Origin: an uncultured Desulfobacter sp.
Lineage (GTDB): Bacteria; Desulfobacterota; Desulfobacteria; Desulfobacterales; Desulfobacteraceae
Assembly (NCBI GenBank): GCA_963665095.1
Contig: OY762069.1
Location: 4,256,001-4,320,000 of the forward strand
Reading direction: 5' to 3'
Length of the DNA: 64,000 nt
The notes below the pieces were generated by a model. The model was not told where the DNA came from, searched no databases, and saw nothing but the letters and a program-made list of their open reading frames with translations. Position numbers and translations under genes: made by a program. Positions within the stretch are counted from its first letter, which is position 1. Each line of letters begins with the position of its first letter. Shown piece by piece: positions 58,601 to 64,000 of this stretch.

Positions 58601-60456
58601 CCGGATTCAGCTTCTTTTCCGGTCTCTCCACCTTCAACCAGTTCCGATAATGACTTCATATCGGAAAGTTCAAATGCAGCACGCTTAATCTGGGCTTCCC
58701 GGTTCCGGATGGTCTCATTCTTAAATTCGTCTGGCTTTTCATCGGTTTTGGTAACCGGTTTTTCCTCTGTCTCCTCTTTGGAAGAATGAACCAGTTCAAT
58801 CTCCATCAATTCCAGAGTAGGGATAATAGAACAGATATGACCGTCCTGCTCAACTTTGCAATACTCTTGCGGCGATGCAGATTTCAGGAACTCCCGTGCC
58901 GGGGTATTTCGCGGCGTGGGGAACACTTCCATCCGGACAGAATCAATCTTATTTTTGTCGGCAAACCGCCCCAATTCATTGAGCATGTAGTGCTCTACCC
59001 CGCGACCCAAAACCCTGCAACTGAGCAGAAAGGTATCCACGATCAGCTCCTGCCCCCGGATCTCCCCAATATAAAACCCCACAAGCCCGTAATCACCAAA
59101 ACGGTCAGAAACCCGGACTGTCTGCATGATAAAGTTATCATCAGACATCAGGGCTTTAAGCTCGCCCTCTTTTCTTCGCCGGGTGGTAAAATTAAACTGG
59201 TTGGTGCGCATGGTGAGCTGGGAGGCCCTTGGCAGGTCTTCGTCGTTAAGATCGCGCAGGTCGGTTTTTAGTTCAAGGCTTTTTAAAAAATCGCCAAAAT
59301 CAACCTTATCCTCCATGAACTCCTGGCGCTTGAGCTCTTCCTTGTACATCTGGGTTCTTTTCTGGTCGACTGCCGTGCCTTTTTTGATATCAAGCTCCCA
59401 GATATGGCATAACAGGGTATATGCCCTGTCCGGCTCCTGCGGCCATTGTATTGTCAAAACATCTGGGCAGCCGGCCTGAACCTCCGCGCACTCCACAGGG
59501 TTGTCATCAATAAAGATAAAATTGGCCAGTCCCAGATTTAATTGTGATGCCAGTTTTTTGATATTTTTCGATTTGGGCTGCCAGTTGATCATGGCAGAGA
59601 CGATGTTATCCCGGCTGAGTTTAAAGTCTTTCCGGTTATCAAATACGCTCCATACATCAAATTCTTCATTTTTGCTGCAAAGGCTGACCACCACCCCGCC
59701 CCTACTCAACTCCATGAGCTTTTCCTGTAGTGCGGTATGGGATTTTTCAAATACCACACCATCAACGCCCACCTCACCTACAACGCCTTTCCACAAGGTG
59801 TTGTCACAGTCCACCACAACCACTTTACAAATGGGCACCATTTTCCGGTAGATATTGCGCATGACCAGGGTAGCCAGGTAGTAAAAATAGGACTTCTGAT
59901 AGGGGATATGCCCTATTTTTTCCCGAAGCGGGTCATGGACCTGGTCTTCCTGTATTGAATAGGCATTATGAAAATCCGAGGCGTTAAGAATGGTTAAACC
60001 TGGGACACCTTCAAGAGCAGAAGTCAGCAACGCTTCGGTTTGAGCCAGAATACCCGGGTCGGAAAATAGGTCGTCTCCTCTTTGGACTGCAGGACAAAGC
60101 ACCAGCATGGTTTCAACTTTGCAGTGTCCCCGGTGGGTTTTCATGGCCCGGATGAATTCCCGGGCTGAATCCTCCAAAAATTTTTCAACACTCTTATCAG
60201 ACTGAATTTTAGAATTGTCAATTTCCCTGAGCCAGTCTTTTACAATCAAATAAACAACACTGACCCCATTCTGATTTGAGGATAACCCGGAGCCGGGATT
60301 AATCAGTTCCTGAAGGATCTGGTTATAAGGAGAAAGCACAATATCCGCATTAAGGCCTAACTCTTCACACCAGAATAAAAATCCAGGGGTGGCAGAGTTT
60401 ACCGTAAAATTAGCACAAATCTGTACATTTAAATCTGTTGAAGCATCTTTTTTCAT
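52672..60456 (-). CDS. Type I PKS: FkbH-like loading domain-ACP-KS-AT-KR-ACP-GNAT
   Basis: DCDNTLW, FIDDNPVE, LSCRVLGR; LGCDSF; DTACSSS/HGTGT/NIGH; GHSAG/HAFH; GGLGALG/YSAAN; IGVDSL; C-terminal VDTMVLKSCRDKGLG; no TE motif. Confidence 0.92.
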   Translation of the reverse strand: MKKDASTDLNVQICANFTVNSATPGFLFWCEELGLNADIVLSPYNQILQELINPGSGLSSNQNGVSVVYLIVKDWLREIDNSKIQSDKSVEKFLEDSAREFIRAMKTHRGHCKVETMLVLCPAVQRGDDLFSDPGILAQTEALLTSALEGVPGLTILNASDFHNAYSIQEDQVHDPLREKIGHIPYQKSYFYYLATLVMRNIYRKMVPICKVVVVDCDNTLWKGVVGEVGVDGVVFEKSHTALQEKLMELSRGGVVVSLCSKNEEFDVWSVFDNRKDFKLSRDNIVSAMINWQPKSKNIKKLASQLNLGLANFIFIDDNPVECAEVQAGCPDVLTIQWPQEPDRAYTLLCHIWELDIKKGTAVDQKRTQMYKEELKRQEFMEDKVDFGDFLKSLELKTDLRDLNDEDLPRASQLTMRTNQFNFTTRRRKEGELKALMSDDNFIMQTVRVSDRFGDYGLVGFYIGEIRGQELIVDTFLLSCRVLGRGVEHYMLNELGRFADKNKIDSVRMEVFPTPRNTPAREFLKSASPQEYCKVEQDGHICSIIPTLELMEIELVHSSKEETEEKPVTKTDEKPDEFKNETIRNREAQIKRAAFELSDMKSLSELVEGGETGKEAESGKILAPLDKESLSNLVYNIFSRELKIPVADVKKGDLLEELGCDSFKIVEITVALFEKFSWLPITLLFEHRSVSDIVEAICKEGEAQTGHEPVFDFPDKREASSLHDIAVIGIGVSCSGGQTKEALWNLLSGQGSSIRKITPDRPFFLEPFEGDLEHWAGLMDDVDGFDAEFFKISPREAALTDPQTRLVLETSWKALEDAGYTGESFTEDTGVYMGAMYSDYSFRANQAANESKSLYRSWETFSIANRLSHFMGFRGPSFTVDTACSSSGTAVHVACMALRAKECRMAVAGGVNLILDPNRFGQLKRLGILSPTGRCRPFCDDSNGVLLGEGAGVVILKPLADARKDRDHVYGIIKGTALSSGTGSIGFTAPNPGAQALAISKCIRDAGIDPRTVSYVETHGTGTSLGDPIEVRGLTLAYTNKSLWDNAIQCGHACSIGSIKPNIGHLESGAAVLSLIKVLLQFEKKCLLPSITSGKLNSKIPFKDIPFNVQRDISEWEKPVFTIDGQEQEVPRRAGVSSFGVGGANVHMILEEPGRTCVKDETASALKIGPVPTLHLFPLSADTNASLMKIAEETSGYLKSRPCLDIADVCFTAGVKRRHFGNRVAFISPDLEALTNSIEQFSKGEYPAGCTVGKSDFGKNKGRIAFLFTGQGSQYVSMGRELYETSPVFKAAMDECVTVLDEWTDCPLMQVIYPDEAGQDTARIDQTLYTQLCLFCIEYALSQLWLSWGIRPDYAAGHSAGEIIALTVAGVLSLSDGLKLIHARGKLMQALPSGGKMAAVRMDEASAIALINAQEDQISIASVNGPDQVVLSGAAHALDQIVADLEKDNIDFKYLNVSHAFHSPQVEPMLEAYMKVVADIELNPPQFPVISCVDGNMLEIDKIGPEYWQAQVRQAVRFLDAMATLDEKEVSTFIEIGPHPILLGMGSLCLASDNMAWLPSLRKNKPAWQTMYGSLSRLFTMGADFTWSGLYNPEDRNKADLPGYQFHHGHYWLKTKFQSVASHAGKSDLSDSLYKVKWIESAYKTNSLSSSDKPGVWLVLSDNEDTGNALVKELKEKGHCAFKVIPGKGYNKASSDLFVIKPDVQDGFIQLFNEVAKSHGPVSGIAFLWGMKGCDKADISASDIRFFEEQYLSRLLLLSRTIHSLENMSKPKLWVVTQQTEMAALQSLMWGFGRGVALEHPGIWGGLIELASGFDIDSGIRALGRELTFPDNEDQVRLDRSGRLVPRLIREKVLSDRKVNISDQGVYLVTGGLGALGRRVILWLASCGATQIITTSRKGMESKDATGFIASVKKAGAALKVVALDIGEESEVSPFFESLASDQIPLKGIFHLAGIDIPKAVDDMSPEDLGLVLTPKVEGTWLLHQYACDFDLDAFVCFSSISSVLGSESRAHYSAANAFVDSVIGFRRKKGLPGISINWGPWDQGGMASSEDISGYARIGNYALDPDAAIKVFQTLLEADKSGMVVADIDWGIFSGIYEARRVRPLISLCRPGSDTESSAKTGTLSKWGKILLDTEPQKRKGVLIQLLSDEVGHLLGYETGHDLSIEGDFTEIGVDSLIAAELSVSIKKKFGLMDIVIIHDYPNITALADWLLTSMSEAVSQEKGLTGQKSIENRIVGYSASMEPQILEFFAKAWPNRDQDLLEPRWRWMYLESADRLGLEPVMWNYIEAGNVIAYTGAIPVNAWLDGAIVPTAWCVDTMVLKSCRDKGLGPVIMMKTRQDMPFSLSLGQTKEMRAILFSLGWQQVAPLQIYVYPLRPGNMLKGKMNALMAGAVGAGLQMLTYKKNLKARANLLDLDVREVERFSDQHDQLWDQVCHDYKYAVVRDASYLNWKYADQPGQSFKRIEMIKDDKIVAVAVLMFREPGAHTPYKYRRAFVVDLVCPISDQKLLLSIFEVIRKECDKLGFDTITFEVINKKLEAALKYFGFIRREPERFFLVHPGGVDESVHADIFQADHWLITKGDSDIDRPEGGVQ

Positions 60457-60577
60457 TCTCTGTCCTTCACAGAAGCCTTCTATTTGATATCCCAGAGCAG
60501 AAAATCAAATGAATAGGTTTAAGCTTAATCAAATCATGAAACTTTATTGTGTTTAAATTGTTTGATTATTATTTTTT

Positions 60578-61945
60578 CTATCGTTCAAAAGCCCCAATAG
60601 TAGAAGGCTTTTTTCTAAGACTACCGCTTTTATCCTTCACGACCATGCCGGTGGGTTCATACCATGTATCGACAAACCCCGGAGTCTGAATTGCAGGGCA
60701 GCTTTCAACGGGTTTTAAATTTTTATCAACTTCCGTACGGTCTATGATCATGTTATTGGCAGCACCAAGCTTTTCAGACTGTGAAATTTCCGGCAGTTTT
60801 AAAGACCCGATCCAAAGGTTATTCATATTCAGCCAGCCGGAGTGATCCCACTTAAAGTAAGATTTGCTCCATATTTTTCTGTCAGGAGCCCAGTTAATGT
60901 CTTTTTTGTTCCCAACCATTGTACAAAAAGCCATTCTGAAATTTCGCAGTTTATCCTCTATGCGAAGCCCTGTATTGTTATCTCTTATAATGCTGTTAAT
61001 AATAATGGGATTCATCTGCATGCCTTTGGAAAAACCCCGCAATCTTACTCCAATATCAGAATCATACACCTCGCAGGAGTCAACTACTGCCTCAACACCT
61101 TCTTTTAAGTTTAGTGCCGCAGTATTGTTGATCAGCTTTGTCCGGAATCCATGAATTCGGCAGTTTACCAAAGCAATGGTTCCCCTGCTTTTCGAGACGT
61201 GTTTTGTATCAATGGCATTTTCTGAGACATAGATGCCCTTTTTATATCCCCCCATATCTTCCTCTAAAGGAGAATCCCATAAATGGGAATTAATAACCCG
61301 AAAGTTGTTCCAGCGTCCGCGGTCCACCTGGATAGCATCACCAGAGCACTGCCTTATGTCAACACGGTCAATCACTATATCTTTACCATGCTTGGTTACA
61401 ATCCCATGGGCATCAATACGCTCTCCTTCTTTATTTTGTCTTAGGATCTTGTGAATCACTGTATTTCTGACAATTGTACGGGCGCCATCTATATCAACCG
61501 CATGCTTTGTTAATCTGGTGAATTCGCAATTTTCTATTAAGAGATCATTGGCGCCCTCTTCTGGATGATCATCATCAATAGACCCTCTTAACCCCCTGAT
61601 ATTCTCCACAAACTGGCCGTCAAAAATAATACCTTTAATACTGACACCTGCTTCACGAATATGAATCATGGGGCTGCCTGATTTAATTTTCTTGGAAGCC
61701 ACAATTCTGACTTTTCCCGAATTTTTTGCATGAATGGAAACGCCGGCACTTTCAACGTAGATAGTTCTGGAAAGAATGTAGACCCCATCATTAATTATAA
61801 TCTCAGTGCCTTTCCATGCTTTTTTGCATTTAGCCGCCAGGTCATCGCCAGGATTCACCTCAATCTTTTTTGTGAAAAATGAAAAGCCTGAAAATAAAAT
61901 AAAAGAGACAAGACAGATCGTTATAATTGTTGTTTTTTTTACCAT
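60578..61945 (-). CDS. Exported right-handed beta-helix (pectin lyase-like fold) protein
   Basis: N-terminal signal/anchor, VNPGDDL..GVY start, repeated IENCEF/IDRVDI/VDSCEV strands, C-terminal IGAFE. Confidence 0.75.
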   Translation of the reverse strand: MVKKTTIITICLVSFILFSGFSFFTKKIEVNPGDDLAAKCKKAWKGTEIIINDGVYILSRTIYVESAGVSIHAKNSGKVRIVASKKIKSGSPMIHIREAGVSIKGIIFDGQFVENIRGLRGSIDDDHPEEGANDLLIENCEFTRLTKHAVDIDGARTIVRNTVIHKILRQNKEGERIDAHGIVTKHGKDIVIDRVDIRQCSGDAIQVDRGRWNNFRVINSHLWDSPLEEDMGGYKKGIYVSENAIDTKHVSKSRGTIALVNCRIHGFRTKLINNTAALNLKEGVEAVVDSCEVYDSDIGVRLRGFSKGMQMNPIIINSIIRDNNTGLRIEDKLRNFRMAFCTMVGNKKDINWAPDRKIWSKSYFKWDHSGWLNMNNLWIGSLKLPEISQSEKLGAANNMIIDRTEVDKNLKPVESCPAIQTPGFVDTWYEPTGMVVKDKSGSLRKKPSTIGAFER

Positions 61946-61965
61946 TCCTCCCCCCCCTGATTTTA

Positions 61966-64000
61966 TTATTGTTTCCCTACTTTAACCTTCAGGCTATCGT
62001 CCTGAAAAATGGCAAAGGTTGTGTTATTGATATGCACAGAACCTGATTTTTCCAGAATATCCCAGATGACATTCGGGGGGGGGCTGTCAGTAAATGGTAT
62101 CATGATGAATGCAAGTGCGCTTTGCACAGCAACAGTTTCCCACCCAACTTTCAATGACGATGCCTTTGTCCGATATCCATACCCCTTGCAGACCCAGCCT
62201 GCCGGGATTGAATCGCTGCAGAAAACCTGATCAATTCTTACAGGAGTTAAAAACTTGATCAATAAAGAGATGTTTCCATTTTTAGCCAGGAGCTCGCATT
62301 TGTCGTCATTTTTGTCAAGTTCAACATCAGGATGAAAGTTAAAGTAATTTGTAATGCTGCATTTTTCAGGAGAATTAACGATATCATTTATAATCCAGAA
62401 TTGCTTCTTTTGATAAAAGACCTCTCTTACCGAACTTGTGACCGATGAAAATTCAATTTTCCCGGAACATGAGGTAAAAGAAGGCTCATCCTGCCAGGAG
62501 ACGAGTTTAGGAGAGACCACTTTCTGCCACTTCAGACAGTCAACGTATTCCGCCTGCCTCAATCCATGAATAACAAAGGTATTATGCGCTTCTTCCTTTC
62601 TAAAATATTCGTGCCATTTACGGTCTCCAAAATATGTATAAAATCCGCCATCCACCAGAAAAGGCTTTCCATACACACAAAGATCAACGGCAAGGGCATC
62701 TGCATGCCCATGGGCTGCAGAGGGTATTGATTTATGACTTAGCCCGTGGGCAATCATACCGAAATCAAAGCACAAAAAGTTAGAAGACCTTTCCCAGGAA
62801 TCTTTGATGATCCCGTACCCGCTTTCCCTGAAAACCTTATTAACCGCGGGAAGGTCTCTTTCCTCCATTGATAAGTAGTCATTAATATCCTCGTCCCCCA
62901 AAAGCCATAAAAGCTCCTCTGCAATTCCGGTGCGCGGCTGCTTAAAGTCCCGACTGTTAAACAGCACTACAGCAATATCCTGGTAAAAAGTGAAATCCCA
63001 GGAATGTCTGGTGTTAAAATATATTGAGCGGGCATTATCGATATCCCCTTTCATGGGCAGGGTTTTATCCGGCATGTGAAGATATCTTGATATGTCAATC
63101 GCGGCCTGGATTCTTTCCATTACATGATCTGACACACTCTGATTGTTCAGGCGTTTCAACAGTATACAGGATATATAGAAACCCAACGTAAAATGATGAT
63201 AAAAGCTGGCCTGCTCAACAGTCATGCCGTCGCTGCAGAATTGCCGGTCAATTGTCTCCTCCAGAATAGACCAGCCTGTTTTTTTCCATTTTTGGGCCTC
63301 CTTCAGTTCAGGAAACTGTGATCCCACTAGAAAAAGAGCGGCGGCCTCTCCGATCAAATGGTTGTATGGGCTTGAATAATGGGATAAATGGCTGGACGTA
63401 TAATAAGCCTGTTCAAACACAGACTGCCTGATTTTAAGTATGTTTTTCTTATATCCGGAAGCGTTGCGGCACAGATTTAAGGACCATGTCCAGCTGAAAA
63501 GCCTTACAGCATGCTCAAGGGAACTGGTCCAGTTCACCCCTTTGTTGTAGGGATTGGCATCTATCCAGTCGCAGAGAACGGAAAAAACCTTTTCGGCATA
63601 AACCTCATTGCCCGTAAGAAAGTAAGCCTTGGCCAGAGGGATAAGATACTGGTGGCGGTTCACCTCCCATACAAACTTGACATCCCGGTTTTTCATTGAT
63701 GTATGGGAAAGGACATCTGCGTAAAACACTCCAGGCCATGAATCACCGCTTTCAGGATCAAGGTGCCACCCTTCTCCTTTAGGAAAGAAGACCTTCATCC
63801 CTAAAAGAGTGAGGTCTCCTTTCAGCACCTGGTCGGCTTCCTTAATAATATTGTCTTTAAAACCATATTGATGCAACAGGCTGATGCGCTTATCATAGTC
63901 GCAATCTGACAAAAAAAAGCGATCTGCATTGGCTAAATGGCTAAAGGCAGTATCGAGGAGAGGCTTTTTAGCACGAGAGAAATCGTATCGTTCCTTGACT
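61966..64000 (-). CDS. Heparinase II/III-like protein, 5' end outside window
   Basis: WEVNRHQ, NPYNKGVNW, NHLIGE, EQASFYH, HGHADAL, HNT; frame stays open from 63912 to the window edge. Confidence 0.88.
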   Translation of the reverse strand, partial: VKERYDFSRAKKPLLDTAFSHLANADRFFLSDCDYDKRISLLHQYGFKDNIIKEADQVLKGDLTLLGMKVFFPKGEGWHLDPESGDSWPGVFYADVLSHTSMKNRDVKFVWEVNRHQYLIPLAKAYFLTGNEVYAEKVFSVLCDWIDANPYNKGVNWTSSLEHAVRLFSWTWSLNLCRNASGYKKNILKIRQSVFEQAYYTSSHLSHYSSPYNHLIGEAAALFLVGSQFPELKEAQKWKKTGWSILEETIDRQFCSDGMTVEQASFYHHFTLGFYISCILLKRLNNQSVSDHVMERIQAAIDISRYLHMPDKTLPMKGDIDNARSIYFNTRHSWDFTFYQDIAVVLFNSRDFKQPRTGIAEELLWLLGDEDINDYLSMEERDLPAVNKVFRESGYGIIKDSWERSSNFLCFDFGMIAHGLSHKSIPSAAHGHADALAVDLCVYGKPFLVDGGFYTYFGDRKWHEYFRKEEAHNTFVIHGLRQAEYVDCLKWQKVVSPKLVSWQDEPSFTSCSGKIEFSSVTSSVREVFYQKKQFWIINDIVNSPEKCSITNYFNFHPDVELDKNDDKCELLAKNGNISLLIKFLTPVRIDQVFCSDSIPAGWVCKGYGYRTKASSLKVGWETVAVQSALAFIMIPFTDSPPPNVIWDILEKSGSVHINNTTFAIFQDDSLKVKVGKQ

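Noticed and set aside
63910..63912. TTG start given for the heparinase-like ORF
   Set aside because: Frame is open to the window edge with no RBS, so the true start is probably outside the window

Overview
Bacterial chromosomal window. Gene content (sigma54/TRAP, LldG/LldH-type lactate oxidation, YcaO-TPR) suggests a sulfate-reducing Desulfobacterales-like organism; this is inference. Bases 1-39 kb are housekeeping and catabolic genes: a sigma54-controlled TRAP/acetoacetate-CoA ligase/SDR operon, tkt, TetR modules, c-di-GMP enzymes, rlmN, mutY, moxR-DUF58-tgpA, pepA and lactate oxidation genes. Two intergenic repeat families occur there, one with clear compensatory base-pair changes between copies. 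Bases 39-42.5 kb hold rmlACDB. Bases 42.5-48.5 kb are a decay hotspot with an IS66 end, Uma2, VapBC, MNT-HEPN and several genes collapsed by internal deletion. Bases 50.6-64 kb are a more AT-rich minus-strand, polysaccharide-type locus running off the window edge. Its centrepiece is a 2594-aa single-module PKS (FkbH-ACP-KS-AT-KR-ACP-GNAT, no thioesterase) flanked by heparinase II/III-like, beta-helix and GH123/DUF4091-like genes, the best candidate here for an undescribed system. All calls come from motif recognition by eye; no searches were run. No rRNA, tRNA or CRISPR array was seen.
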